A stretch of DNA of 64,000 bases from IMG/VR virus record IMGVR_UViG_3300046028_005277; one strand, given 5' to 3'. The position numbers and the translations under genes are program-made. Under the pieces are notes generated by a model. The model ran no database searches, had not been told where the DNA came from, and was given only the letters and a program-made list of their open reading frames with translations. The stretch's first letter is position 1. The number at the start of each line of letters is the position of its first letter. Of this stretch, positions 1-10,379 are shown in pieces. This stretch comes from a virus.

Positions 1-2
1 GA

Positions 3-2105
3 CCATCATCAACATACAGTTTTGGTATTGAGCTCTTGGATGAATATGGGCGAACTATAGGAGTTGTTTCTAATAAGACAATAACCATCCCACGCCCTAA
101 AGTGTCAGTAACGCAAGTAACAGGAGTTCCTCAAAATTCTGTTACACCAACGCAAATTTACGATGATTATGTTTTTAACAGGCATTATGTTAAATATTCC
201 ATTACGGGTAGTATGCCTCCTTGGGCTTCATTTTTTAGGGTTGTAGCAACCAAGGCTCAGGATGTAAACTACTTCTACAAAACTTTGTGTAGACTATTCT
301 ATTGGTATCAAGATGGCAGTGGGATAAATAAGTTTGTTTTTAATAGTAAATACCTATCCGTATCAAGCCTTCAAAATAAATACCCTGCTAAGGTGGTTAT
401 TTCTGATGTGGATAAAAAGGCTTACACCCTTAGAGGATATGGAGTTGAGGGGATATCTCCTTTGCCATTTGTTTACTCTAGTGAAGAGAATCAGTATATA
501 AGATTAACTAATGAGTATTCTCAAACCTTGTCAACAGGCTCTCAAGTCAATTCTACTGAATATAAATTGTCGGGGCAAGATGGGTCTATTTTCTTATTTG
601 AAACCGCAAGAACGGATTTATCCCCATCTACAAATAACGGAGGGAATGTAACTTTAGAACCCGTTTCTGCATTCAGCCCTCTATGGTATCAAGTAGAGTT
701 CTATTCAAAAAAGAATAGTAGAGAAAATATCTTTTACCAAGGAAGCCAAATTTTCACACGGGATAGGTTTGTGGATGGGCAAACATTTGCAGGAGTTATT
801 GAAGGTGATTGTTACACAACGGCATTTGAAAAATACTTTGCTCCTTCTAGAACATCCGTAGCTATAATTTTTGGCTCATCCGGCAGTTCTGTTGTGCCAT
901 TGCAGTTTGCTACTCGCAATTTAATAAGCCCAGCAATAGAGGTGAATGGAATGTTTATTTCTATGAACCCATCCGATATTTACTCTCAAAATTGGGTTTC
1001 CGATATAGGCCAAATTAATATAGTAAACGAAACTCAACAACAAGTTCGTTTGCAAAATGGCATTACTTTCTCCGATCCTCTTATTCAAGGCACACAGATA
1101 AACGGATTGAGTAAATTTAATTCTGTGGACTTTAGGCAAGCCCCATTAGAGAACGGCCCTATCACATCTCTTGTAACAACGAATGCTACACAGAGGGAGC
1201 CAGGGGTTTTGCTCGCCATAGGGACATACGGAATCAGTTCATTCTATTACGACTCCATCCAATTAACTAATACCGATGGAGAAAGCAATGTAACGACTAC
1301 CGACAAGTATCTCGCATCTCAAAGACCTCTACTTGGGCAGATGGGATGTAGTCAGCCAGCAAGTATAACACGCACACCATTGTCCATTGTATATTGGTGG
1401 AGCGACATTATTAATGATTTTGTTCGGTACACAAATGCAGGACTTGAAAGGATAGGGTTAACGCATTCATTCGGAAACTTACTTCGCAAGAATCTTAATG
1501 GCAAAACAAATGTTGTTTCCATCTTCGACCAAGTAACAGATGAGGTAAGTGTGTGGTCGAAGACTAAACCTCACTATACTTTTAGCGAAAGGTTCAAGAG
1601 TTTTCAGGGAGAGAGGGATTACTTTTCGGGTGTTATTTCCCCTGAAAGAGGCATAAGTTTGAGTACAAAAATGTTCCATTTCATTAATGGGCAAGTTTGG
1701 GTGACAGATGTTAATAGTTTGACAGCTAACGATAATCAGTTTTTCGGGGGCTATAAGAACCCTGCTCTTACTATAATCACCAATGAATCTCCTGCTTCTG
1801 TCAAGCAATGGAATCAGATAAAAGTATTTGGGCCAAAGCCTATAAGTACAGACCTATCTACAGGCCTGCCTGACAATGCTATAAACAACACCCCACTACT
1901 TTCTTACATATCAGATGGATGGTGGATAGAAAGAAAGAGCGATTGGGAAGCAGCAATTCGCAGAGCATATAACACACCGGGAGGGGTGCTTGGTGGAAAA
2001 CATATGGAAAGTAGGATATTATATTCTATTTTTGCATTTGACCCTCAGAAATTCACGAAACTGAATTTTATTGAAGTTAAAAACAATTCGGCAATAGTTC
2101 AATAA
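3..2105 (+). CDS. Tail stabilization/muzzle protein (crAss-like, P22 gp10-like), 5'-truncated
   Basis: Frame is open from position 3 (PSSTYSFGIELLDEYGR). The YxFGI...DxYGR motif and beta-rich C-terminus resemble crAss-like stabilization proteins; lies upstream of the portal. Confidence 0.7.
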   Translation, partial: PSSTYSFGIELLDEYGRTIGVVSNKTITIPRPKVSVTQVTGVPQNSVTPTQIYDDYVFNRHYVKYSITGSMPPWASFFRVVATKAQDVNYFYKTLCRLFYWYQDGSGINKFVFNSKYLSVSSLQNKYPAKVVISDVDKKAYTLRGYGVEGISPLPFVYSSEENQYIRLTNEYSQTLSTGSQVNSTEYKLSGQDGSIFLFETARTDLSPSTNNGGNVTLEPVSAFSPLWYQVEFYSKKNSRENIFYQGSQIFTRDRFVDGQTFAGVIEGDCYTTAFEKYFAPSRTSVAIIFGSSGSSVVPLQFATRNLISPAIEVNGMFISMNPSDIYSQNWVSDIGQINIVNETQQQVRLQNGITFSDPLIQGTQINGLSKFNSVDFRQAPLENGPITSLVTTNATQREPGVLLAIGTYGISSFYYDSIQLTNTDGESNVTTTDKYLASQRPLLGQMGCSQPASITRTPLSIVYWWSDIINDFVRYTNAGLERIGLTHSFGNLLRKNLNGKTNVVSIFDQVTDEVSVWSKTKPHYTFSERFKSFQGERDYFSGVISPERGISLSTKMFHFINGQVWVTDVNSLTANDNQFFGGYKNPALTIITNESPASVKQWNQIKVFGPKPISTDLSTGLPDNAINNTPLLSYISDGWWIERKSDWEAAIRRAYNTPGGVLGGKHMESRILYSIFAFDPQKFTKLNFIEVKNNSAIVQ

Positions 2106-2117
2106 ACGCACAAAGCT

Positions 2118-2792
2118 ATGATAGATCCGGTTACAGGGATGTTAGTGGGAGCAGGATTAAACCTTGCGGGGTCAACTCCTGGTTTAATAAACGCCATTAA
2201 ACAAGGCAAAGAGCGTAGAAGACTTTTGGCTGAGGGGCCTGAAGGATTAAACCAATACCAACAAGCCCAATTAGGAGGCGCACAACTAAGGGCTGCAAAT
2301 AGCCAAGTTGCTGGATATGGACAAGAGCTTGAGAACATCAATCAACAGCAAGCCAACATTCTTGGCGAGGCCAAAAGGGCTGGTGTATCAAGTAGTAATA
2401 TGCTAAACACGCTTTCTCGTTTGAATCAGCAGGGGCAATCCGCAAGAAGGAATATTGCTCTTCGTGGGTTGCAAGGACAAAGAATGGCTCAGGCTGATTT
2501 AGGGAGAGAGCAAGGACGAGCAGGGGCTTCTTTGCAAAACAATAAGCGTTATTGGGAGAGCAACCTTGAAGGCATTGACACGGCTCGCAAGCAACAGATT
2601 AGCCAATTTGCTATGTCTCCGTTCCAAGGGGCTATGGCTGGGATGAGATATGGACAAGGTTCAGGCTCAGGCTCAGGCAAGTATAATACAAATAGTTTGC
2701 CATTAGAATTTGTAAAAGGAATAGGGGATTATAATCAATACGAAAGCCCTTATAACCCAAACGAAGAAAGTAATTATAATACTACAGGGTAG
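2118..2792 (+). CDS. Small ejection/internal virion protein
   Basis: G/A/Q-rich 224 aa, N-terminus MIDPVTGMLVGAGLNLAG typical of podoviral pilot/ejection proteins; between muzzle and portal. Confidence 0.55.
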   Translation: MIDPVTGMLVGAGLNLAGSTPGLINAIKQGKERRRLLAEGPEGLNQYQQAQLGGAQLRAANSQVAGYGQELENINQQQANILGEAKRAGVSSSNMLNTLSRLNQQGQSARRNIALRGLQGQRMAQADLGREQGRAGASLQNNKRYWESNLEGIDTARKQQISQFAMSPFQGAMAGMRYGQGSGSGSGKYNTNSLPLEFVKGIGDYNQYESPYNPNEESNYNTTG

Positions 2793-5087
2793 ATGTACGC
2801 ACCTGATCTCACTGTCCCCTTTGACAAGAAGAAGTCAAACGAGTTTGGTAAAAGCTTTGCACAAGGCTTGGAGTCATTCCATTTGATGCAAATCGAAAGT
2901 CCAAACTTTCCAAGGAGGCGTTGGGCTGAGAACTATCAATACGCAATGGGTAACCAATCCTACTTGCGTACCGTGCAACCTATTGACAACTTAGGAGCAA
3001 ACGACTCTCAAACATTGCTTGGTGCTGACCTCCGTAATATGAAACTTACGGCTACAATATTGGAAAGTATTGTAGGAAAACTCAACAAGCAGAAGTTTAA
3101 GCCATCCGTATCAATGATTGATGCTTTGGCAATGGGCGAAAGGCAAGACATGAAAGCTAAGATGGAACTAGCTATGATGTTGAAGCAACAAGGCGCAGAG
3201 ATGGGCCAGTATCTTCAGCAACTTGGCCTAACTCCCGATGATGTCCCTATGGACACTACGGAACTCCAGATAATGCTTGATTGTATGCCTCAGTTCGTAG
3301 AGGAGATGAACCTTGAACTCGCTCTCTCTAAAATAGGACACGAGAATAATCTTGAAACTCTTGCTAGGATGGCAGACTATGATGATGTCATCACATCCGT
3401 AAGAGGCCATTATATAAATAGAGTAAATGGAAAAAGACAAATCGAATATCTTGACCCACTTAATAGTGGTCATAGTATGTCCTTTTATCCTGATGGGCGT
3501 GATATTGTTTGGAGTTATAGAATACGCCCTGTGCCGGTTGAGCAAGTACGCATCGAAGCACAGGAGTTTCTTACAGACCAAGAGTTAAGCAATCTTCGTG
3601 GTGGGCAGTTTTCCATCCTGTACAACTGGTTGTATTGGTGGACAAACAACAATAACAACTACCTCACTACATTCACTAACACCTACACAGACTATGTTCT
3701 CGTCATGGACTTTGAGTATGTCTCCACCGATGTACTCTACACCAACATTAAGAATGGAAAAGCCTACAATGGATATTCCAAAAAGACTCCCGGAAAAGAT
3801 GGAGATGTTTACACAGCTAAGGTGCAGAACCTTTTCGGTGGTAAGTATATTTGCGGAAGCGGATATCTCTATGACTACGGTGTCAAGCCTGGAGTTCGTC
3901 AACCTATCGTAACAAAGAACGAAGATGCCTTTAAGGTGAATGCCTCTAAGGTGTACGGGTCATTCGTGTGGCATCACTCCTCTATGGTCAGAGGCGAAAG
4001 CGTTTCCATCATTGATAGAGCCAAGCCACACATTGATGCTATTGAAGATACTTTCAAGAAGTTTAAGACTTATGTGAAGGAGTTCCTTCCTTGGATGATA
4101 AGAGTTGACCAAGATGCCTTGGCTGACCTTGCCATGAAGGAAGGAGATGATGTAACAGCAGAAGACCTAATGACTACGCTTATGGAGCGTGGCTTAGGCG
4201 TTGTATCATCCTCTGCTTACAAGGGCTTCCATAATGCTTCCGTTAAGGATTCCATAGCCATCATAGCCAATGACGGAGGAGGGAATCTAAATATATTATG
4301 GAGCTTATTGCTTCAGCAGATAAACCTCCTTCACGATGTTGTTGGTGTTCCAAAGGTGGACACAGGAGGAGGCGTTAACCCAGAGGTAGGGAAAGCCGTA
4401 ACGCAGATGCTTCTTAACGGAAGCGACAATGTGTTGTCTGGATTGATGGATGCAAAGATTCGTCTTTATTCAAGCCTATGGGAGAACCTGATGTATGACA
4501 TTATGCAGACAGGGGAAGCAGGGGTGGCAAACAACAAAGCATTCGCCATTCCTCCCGGTAATCCTGATGAGCGCATTCCAAATCTTATTTGTGAGCCTCT
4601 TCCAACAGATGTACAATGGCAAGACCTCTATGCGAAAGCCCAACAAGCATTAGCCGCAGGAAGTCTTACAATGGATCAATATGCCTACTTGCAAATCATA
4701 GACAATATGAAGCAAGCTTGGGGCTACCTTTCTGTGCAGCAGAAAAAGAATGACATCAAGAAGATGCAAGGTCAACAAATGGCTGACCAAGCGAACACAG
4801 AAAGGCAGATGATGTCTAACCAACAAGCGCAACAAGGGAAGGAAAAATTAGAGCAATTGAAAATATTTGGCAATGTAATTCAGGAGTATGCGAAGGCTGC
4901 CTTTGCAAATCCTATGAATAGTGCCAATCCTGAAGTAATTTTGCAAAGAATACAATTAGAAATAGATAAAATGTATGGAAACACAGGAGGTACAAGCGGA
5001 GGTGCAGAACCAGCAGGAGTCCCTGGCTTACCAGCCGGAGAACCAACAGGAGACCCCGCAATTAGCGGAGAACCCGTTCAAGGTTAG
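2793..5087 (+). CDS. Portal protein (crAss-like)
   Basis: 764 aa, helical, Q-rich C-terminal barrel-like tail; precedes scaffold and MCP. Confidence 0.75.
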   Translation: MYAPDLTVPFDKKKSNEFGKSFAQGLESFHLMQIESPNFPRRRWAENYQYAMGNQSYLRTVQPIDNLGANDSQTLLGADLRNMKLTATILESIVGKLNKQKFKPSVSMIDALAMGERQDMKAKMELAMMLKQQGAEMGQYLQQLGLTPDDVPMDTTELQIMLDCMPQFVEEMNLELALSKIGHENNLETLARMADYDDVITSVRGHYINRVNGKRQIEYLDPLNSGHSMSFYPDGRDIVWSYRIRPVPVEQVRIEAQEFLTDQELSNLRGGQFSILYNWLYWWTNNNNNYLTTFTNTYTDYVLVMDFEYVSTDVLYTNIKNGKAYNGYSKKTPGKDGDVYTAKVQNLFGGKYICGSGYLYDYGVKPGVRQPIVTKNEDAFKVNASKVYGSFVWHHSSMVRGESVSIIDRAKPHIDAIEDTFKKFKTYVKEFLPWMIRVDQDALADLAMKEGDDVTAEDLMTTLMERGLGVVSSSAYKGFHNASVKDSIAIIANDGGGNLNILWSLLLQQINLLHDVVGVPKVDTGGGVNPEVGKAVTQMLLNGSDNVLSGLMDAKIRLYSSLWENLMYDIMQTGEAGVANNKAFAIPPGNPDERIPNLICEPLPTDVQWQDLYAKAQQALAAGSLTMDQYAYLQIIDNMKQAWGYLSVQQKKNDIKKMQGQQMADQANTERQMMSNQQAQQGKEKLEQLKIFGNVIQEYAKAAFANPMNSANPEVILQRIQLEIDKMYGNTGGTSGGAEPAGVPGLPAGEPTGDPAISGEPVQG

Positions 5088-6030
5088 GTCTATTAGTATT
5101 CCCGATTACGACAATCCTCCACAAGAGGGTGAGCCGCAGGAGGAATATGTAGAACCCGTAGCCCAAGAGGATGCCCCTCAAGTAGATGATATAGAATCAC
5201 TGAGGGCAAAGTTGGCTGAAATGGAGCAGAAGCTACAAGCTAGTTCTTCACAACAGCCTACAATTCAATATCGTTTACCTGATGAGGTGAATGAGATATT
5301 GGACAACCCTGCTATTTTGCAGATGTTGAATGAGAACTTTGAGAGCAAGACAGTTCTTGACCTCATCAAAGAAGCCGTCAAGGAGGCTAACCCTTGGGCG
5401 AAGACAGACCGCCACATTGAATCACACTTGAGAAGGCAATATCCCGATATTGACTTTGATATACCTGAAAATCTTGGACTCGCCGAAGAGGACTACGATG
5501 CAATTGCTTGGCAAGCCGAAGGCATTCGCCAAAATCTCATCGCTCAACAGCAGGAGGTTAGAGGGAAACTTGAAGCCGCTAGGAATCCCCAAACGGCTGA
5601 TTTTGACATTGACGGATACCAACAACAGTATGAGTCAATCGTTGAAGGCAGCTTAAAGGATTTTAAGCCTATGGAAATGTCCCTGAATATTCCGGGGTAC
5701 AATCTTCCACAGGTGGATGCTAGCAAGATTCGGGATATTGTTTACAGTGATGCTGTGCCGTTGTCGCTTGACACAAATGGCAATGTGTGGCCGAATGTTA
5801 AGGCTGCCACTGCTATGGCCGAATTAGAGATGCTGAAGAGTCAGATTCCAGCGATGTTGGAAGCAGCTCGTAGAGCAGCCCCTAAGGAGGCAGTAGAAGC
5901 GATGAATCGTACGCTGAACAATCAAGTGCCGCAAAATAATGTCGCTCCCATAGACCCGAAACAAGTGATGGCTGCTAAAGGCCCATCAGTTGGAGGTTTA
6001 AGGATAGTAGGCGTTCAAAGTAATTTTTAA
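4975..6030 (+). CDS. Capsid scaffolding/assembly protein
   Basis: Acidic E/Q/P-rich, coiled-coil 351 aa between portal and MCP. Confidence 0.6.
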   Translation: METQEVQAEVQNQQESLAYQPENQQETPQLAENPFKVRSISIPDYDNPPQEGEPQEEYVEPVAQEDAPQVDDIESLRAKLAEMEQKLQASSSQQPTIQYRLPDEVNEILDNPAILQMLNENFESKTVLDLIKEAVKEANPWAKTDRHIESHLRRQYPDIDFDIPENLGLAEEDYDAIAWQAEGIRQNLIAQQQEVRGKLEAARNPQTADFDIDGYQQQYESIVEGSLKDFKPMEMSLNIPGYNLPQVDASKIRDIVYSDAVPLSLDTNGNVWPNVKAATAMAELEMLKSQIPAMLEAARRAAPKEAVEAMNRTLNNQVPQNNVAPIDPKQVMAAKGPSVGGLRIVGVQSNF

Positions 6031-6050
6031 TCTTTTAAACTCGCAAAAAA

Positions 6051-7517
6051 ATGGCTTTACCTAATCAAACCTCTTTTGGAGGATTTAGTGGCGCATCAGC
6101 CACTAGCCCCGGAGGAAATGTTGCAGACGCAGCTACTCTATCCGGACTTGCCGACAGCACCTCATTCGTGAGGGATTTTTGGCCTACACTTCTTGATCGC
6201 TATCCTGATCGTCAACTTATTGAGAACGGCCTTATGGCTCACCTCGTTGACAATAGGGCTTTTGTAGGAGTTCAGTCTAACACTACACAAGTGTTTCACG
6301 CAGAACAGGATTCAGTATTGAACACCTTGACAGTTGTTTCCTTCACAGGAGGTGCTTCTGCTGGTGCTTCTGCTGTCATCACTGTTAATTCAATCTCTTA
6401 TAACGGAAGTAATTACAACTACGCTTCTGTAGGACAGAACTTTCAGATTGCTCAAGACCCATCTGTTATCTTGAATGTTACTGCTGTTAGTACGCCTGCA
6501 AATGCAGCTACATTTACCATCACAGTAAATCCATCTTCCGATATACAAATTGACACCTTCCTTGCTGCTAGTGATATTCTTCTTCCACAAGATGCCGTTT
6601 CAGACCCTAACGCAGCTTTCGCTGATGGATCTGTTCGTGGCTGGTCTCGTTATGGCGTGAACTTCCAATATATGTCTACACCTTCTGCTAAAGTTGGTCA
6701 GAGTACATATAACCAGTCGTTCATGTTCCAACTTGAAGGTGGACAAACTGTACTTGCTCCTCGTATCTTCGCTGATGCTCTTATGACTGCTATGCTTCGT
6801 AAGTCTGCTGCCATCACTCGTGGTCGTGGAGAAACTTACGGAACTGCTGCTGGCTCTCCTTCTACTACCGTTGGTTTCGTATCTGCTGCTCAGGCTTTCG
6901 GATTGACAGATGACTATGCTGCTGGTGGTGTTCAAATGTCAAACCTTGAGGACATCGGTATCCGTCTTCAGAATCGTGGTGCTGGTACAGAACTAGACCT
7001 TTGGGGTGGATACAACTTCGTTCAAAGCATTCAGCGTAACGCTCTTGCTCCTCTTCAGGGTGGTGCTGTTCAGTACATCTCTGGTGAAATGAACGATGGT
7101 GCTGGTCGTCCGGGCTTGAAGAGGTCTCTTGGTCACTTCATCCTTGGTAAATTTAAGGTGAACTTGAACGAGGCTTCTGAGTGGGCGCACAAGGCGATGT
7201 ATTCTCCTCTCATTAGTGGTGATAATACTTCTCTTACTAGTGGTTATTGGGCTAATGCTTTCGTAATCATCCCGAAAGAAGATGTTGCTGTTCCTCGTGA
7301 ACTTACCAACACCTCTTACACTGTAACTGCTCCAATGTTCCGTGTTCTTCAATTGAAGGCTCCGGTAACTACAGGCGGTACTCCAGTGATGAATCAAATT
7401 GTTAAGCGTGATCCTGCTCACTTTGGTGCGATGAACTATCAAATCATCAACAACGAGTACTTCGCTGCACAGACAATGCTTGCCTCTAAGCTTTACTTCG
7501 GAGGAACCATCATGTAA
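6051..7517 (+). CDS. Major capsid protein (crAss-like size, with insertion domain)
   Basis: 488 aa, strong high-expression codon bias (GCT/CGT/GGT/ACT), follows the scaffold, followed by a terminator. Confidence 0.8.
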   Translation: MALPNQTSFGGFSGASATSPGGNVADAATLSGLADSTSFVRDFWPTLLDRYPDRQLIENGLMAHLVDNRAFVGVQSNTTQVFHAEQDSVLNTLTVVSFTGGASAGASAVITVNSISYNGSNYNYASVGQNFQIAQDPSVILNVTAVSTPANAATFTITVNPSSDIQIDTFLAASDILLPQDAVSDPNAAFADGSVRGWSRYGVNFQYMSTPSAKVGQSTYNQSFMFQLEGGQTVLAPRIFADALMTAMLRKSAAITRGRGETYGTAAGSPSTTVGFVSAAQAFGLTDDYAAGGVQMSNLEDIGIRLQNRGAGTELDLWGGYNFVQSIQRNALAPLQGGAVQYISGEMNDGAGRPGLKRSLGHFILGKFKVNLNEASEWAHKAMYSPLISGDNTSLTSGYWANAFVIIPKEDVAVPRELTNTSYTVTAPMFRVLQLKAPVTTGGTPVMNQIVKRDPAHFGAMNYQIINNEYFAAQTMLASKLYFGGTIM

Positions 7518-7530
7518 AAAATGATGTGAC

Positions 7531-7565
7531 AAAAAGGGGCCTTCTGAAAAGTTGGCCCTTTTTTT
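7531..7565 (+). terminator. Rho-independent terminator after MCP
   Basis: AAAAAGGGGCC-loop-GGCCCTTTTTTT hairpin with U tract. Confidence 0.8.
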
Positions 7566-7600
7566 GTTTATTTGCGTTTGTAATTTAAAACAATGTATAT

Positions 7601-8569
7601 ATGATAGTATCAACCGAAAGGGGTGGAATCCACGAAATCAACTCTTGGCCTGTAGAAATCGAAGAAAAACTCATTAGCCTTGAACCTGGGGATGTTATAA
7701 AAGTAAGACTTAATCCCAATCTTTGGTTCACCGTGCTTGAGCAAAAAGGAACTAGTCAAGACTACAATCGTCCAACATCAAGCGGGATGGTTAAGAAAAT
7801 CGGACAGCATGGCATACCTTCCCCTTGGACAATCCGTTGGGAGAGGCAGCCATATCAAATCGGCTTCCTTGAGGGATACAATGCTCAAGGTACGCCTTCG
7901 TTCTTCCATCCTGTATTCTCTGAAGGAGGGGAGTTGGTGTTTAAGGGTGATCGTGTGGGAGACCGTGAAAGGTTTTTCGTTATGCAACTTCACCCTCAAA
8001 TGAGGCAAGACCCTTTGACAGGGCTTACAAGAAAGTCTTGGAAGTTTGAGGTAGTGGATGCTGAGAGAGAAAGTACCGGCATCACTCAGAACTTTGAGGC
8101 GAAACTTGCTATGCTTAACAAGATAAAGGACTTGGATGATTCTTCCTTGAACACTCTTACGAAGGCATCAATGCACGATAGGATTTTCCTAAATCGTCCA
8201 GACCTCACAGGTAAGATTAAAGCTTCTAGAGCCATTCTTATTAAGATGGTGGAAGAGGGGCGCATCAAAGAAGTGGTGGATATGCTCAAGTCTTTGGATG
8301 AGGTGAACAAGATTGAACTCATTTACGATTCCTTGATTTCAAAGAAACTTCTTGTAACTGAGAAAGAATTGATGAGGTATGACGGAAGGAAAATTATTAC
8401 CTTTGCAGAGGACATCTCCATCCCGAATATGGAAGTGGCGGCTGTGAATATCTATAAGTATTCTGCCCATTCTCCTGAGTTCCAGGAACACGCCATTGAG
8501 TTTCTTCGTGAGGGATATGAAGCCGCTAAAACAACGACTCACAAAGCCCGCAGGGGAACTAAGGAATAA
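7601..8569 (+). CDS. Conserved hypothetical protein following MCP
   Basis: 322-aa ORF in the position of the post-MCP gene of crAss-like phages. Confidence 0.6.
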   Translation: MIVSTERGGIHEINSWPVEIEEKLISLEPGDVIKVRLNPNLWFTVLEQKGTSQDYNRPTSSGMVKKIGQHGIPSPWTIRWERQPYQIGFLEGYNAQGTPSFFHPVFSEGGELVFKGDRVGDRERFFVMQLHPQMRQDPLTGLTRKSWKFEVVDAERESTGITQNFEAKLAMLNKIKDLDDSSLNTLTKASMHDRIFLNRPDLTGKIKASRAILIKMVEEGRIKEVVDMLKSLDEVNKIELIYDSLISKKLLVTEKELMRYDGRKIITFAEDISIPNMEVAAVNIYKYSAHSPEFQEHAIEFLREGYEAAKTTTHKARRGTKE

Positions 8570-8772
8570 TGATGGACACACTTGAAACTCTGAACCAAAA
8601 GTACTTAACCTCCCTCGGATTCGACATTCAGGGAGGATGTACTACAGCTTCTCAACAGACGCAAATATTGCTTGCGTTTATCCAAGAGGTTGTATATAGA
8701 CAGAGTGCAGCTGTGAACGATCAGGTGACGGCAAATCAATTGCTGACATTCACCTATCAAAACTATCAATAA
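8569..8772 (+). CDS. Hypothetical protein
   Basis: 67 aa, TAATG overlap with the upstream gene, followed by a terminator. Confidence 0.6.
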   Translation: MMDTLETLNQKYLTSLGFDIQGGCTTASQQTQILLAFIQEVVYRQSAAVNDQVTANQLLTFTYQNYQ

Positions 8773-8799
8773 GAATGTTTCATTTTGCTTAATGAGAAT

Positions 8800-8823
8800 G
8801 AGGGGGACAATGTTCCCCTTTTT
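8800..8823 (+). terminator. Rho-independent terminator
   Basis: GAGGGGGAC-AAT-GTTCCCCTT followed by a T tract. Confidence 0.7.
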
Positions 8824-8869
8824 CTTTTATTTTTACCTCGTGAAAAATAGACTTGGTGTTCACATAGGC

Positions 8870-9295
8870 ATGGAATATATGATGCCTTTGACAAGGGAGC
8901 AACTAATTTGTATGCTCAGGAGTAGCTTGCTTTGGCAGGAATATAATGGCCCTATGGTGATATTTGTTGATGAGCCTTTTTACGAGTTCTTGTATGAGAA
9001 CAATTTGGAGGAACTTTATCAAGATATTATTGCCATAGATCCTTTGCTCACAAACTACGAGGAGGTAGTAAATAGAATCAAAAGCAATGTCCCAATAGAT
9101 GGGGTGGACATTATCAGTATCTATGACATTGCCATAGAGGGAGGGGATGGCAAAACTTTCTCAATAAGAGAGGAAATGGAGCAAAAAGATTTTGTAGATT
9201 TGCAATTAGAACTTTTACCTAACGAATACAAGAAGTTATGCCTCAATACTCAGCCCCCGGCATTATATTCGCAAGAGCCACGGTACAAAACCTAA
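8870..9295 (+). CDS. Hypothetical protein, possibly glycosyltransferase-like fragment
   Basis: Start moved to ATG 8870 because the upstream part of the ORF is the terminator; SSLLWQEYNGPMVIFVD loosely resembles nucleotide-sugar transferase N-termini. Confidence 0.4.
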   Translation: MEYMMPLTREQLICMLRSSLLWQEYNGPMVIFVDEPFYEFLYENNLEELYQDIIAIDPLLTNYEEVVNRIKSNVPIDGVDIISIYDIAIEGGDGKTFSIREEMEQKDFVDLQLELLPNEYKKLCLNTQPPALYSQEPRYKT

Positions 9296-10344
9296 TAGTG
9301 GCTCAATCCGCATCTGGAGGTGTTGATACAGATATTACGGATAGAATCAACCCCGTTTCTTTAGCAACTGGTTTTATTACGGCTATTCCAAACAATATAG
9401 CAGGACTTTTTGATTCACTATCGGATGGCGATACTGTAGTGGTTGGAGATGGAACTCTTTTTGAGACTACTGTTGATGTTGGCGATAAGTTGTATTATGA
9501 TGATGCGGGTGATTATGTCCTTATTGGAACTGTCGCTTCCATTGAAAGTGATGAAAGCCTCACTCTAACAGAGGCAGCAGCAGCTATTCCAACAATTGGA
9601 GATACACTAGCCGTAAATACAAATATCATCTCAGGTACTGAAACCTCATTCACTACAGACTTTGCCGCAGGAGATTATTTATTTTGGTTTGATGCAGGAG
9701 GAAATCCTTCTTTATTGGGCAGAGTTTCTATAACACCAACAAGTTCAGCCCAAATAACACTTGTGAATAAATGGACTACAGCTATCACAAATAAATATTG
9801 CGGAGGGATTAAATTGGTGTTAAACGGATCGGAGTCTTTTCTCATTCGTATTCCCGCCATTCCAAATGGAGCAATTGTAAGTGGTTATCCAACGAGGGTG
9901 TTTCTCCCAAATTGGGATTCATTTAGATTAACGCCTGGAGAGTTCACGAGTTACAACAATACGAGTGTTTCAAGCATTGCGACATATAGCTTGGTTGGAA
10001 GCCCATCAGAGGTGGGGCCTGTATCTGAAGTTCCTTATTCCATCACTCCAACAAATGTTTTTAACACTACCCCTAGACCTACAACGGCCAATCCTCAAAA
10101 CAGGGTATTGTTTCCTCCATTGTCAACTTTGAATAATGCTGCTTTCCCTAATTTTGTTTTTGCTTTATTTAATCCATACGGCAGAAACCAAGGGGAGAAT
10201 ATGGCTCAAAACACAATGTTTAAGTTTTTGTGTGCGGGGACATTGCAAGGATTTCTTGCGTCCGCAAACACGACAGCAGATACAATGTTAGCTAATGGAT
10301 ATAGTGTTGGGCAAGTGGGGCTTGGAGAAATTGAAATAGAGTAG
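9238..10344 (+). CDS. Virion structural protein with beta-repeat modules (tail hub/collar)
   Basis: T/S/G-rich; two copies of a GxGTxF...G(D/Q)xLY...G motif shared with the next two genes. Confidence 0.6.
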   Translation: MPQYSAPGIIFARATVQNLIVAQSASGGVDTDITDRINPVSLATGFITAIPNNIAGLFDSLSDGDTVVVGDGTLFETTVDVGDKLYYDDAGDYVLIGTVASIESDESLTLTEAAAAIPTIGDTLAVNTNIISGTETSFTTDFAAGDYLFWFDAGGNPSLLGRVSITPTSSAQITLVNKWTTAITNKYCGGIKLVLNGSESFLIRIPAIPNGAIVSGYPTRVFLPNWDSFRLTPGEFTSYNNTSVSSIATYSLVGSPSEVGPVSEVPYSITPTNVFNTTPRPTTANPQNRVLFPPLSTLNNAAFPNFVFALFNPYGRNQGENMAQNTMFKFLCAGTLQGFLASANTTADTMLANGYSVGQVGLGEIEIE

Positions 10345-10379
10345 AAGACAATTAATCACAAAGATAAATTCATCACAAA

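Noticed and set aside
3585-3912. AAC/AAT-rich stretch in the portal (NNNNNY) with open alternative frames, resembling a DGR template repeat
   Set aside because: No second copy differing at adenines and no reverse transcriptase in the window; an Asn/Thr-rich loop explains it.
4975-5087. 113-nt portal/scaffold overlap
   Set aside because: Looks like a low-complexity C-terminal extension through a coupled start; common in compact phages.
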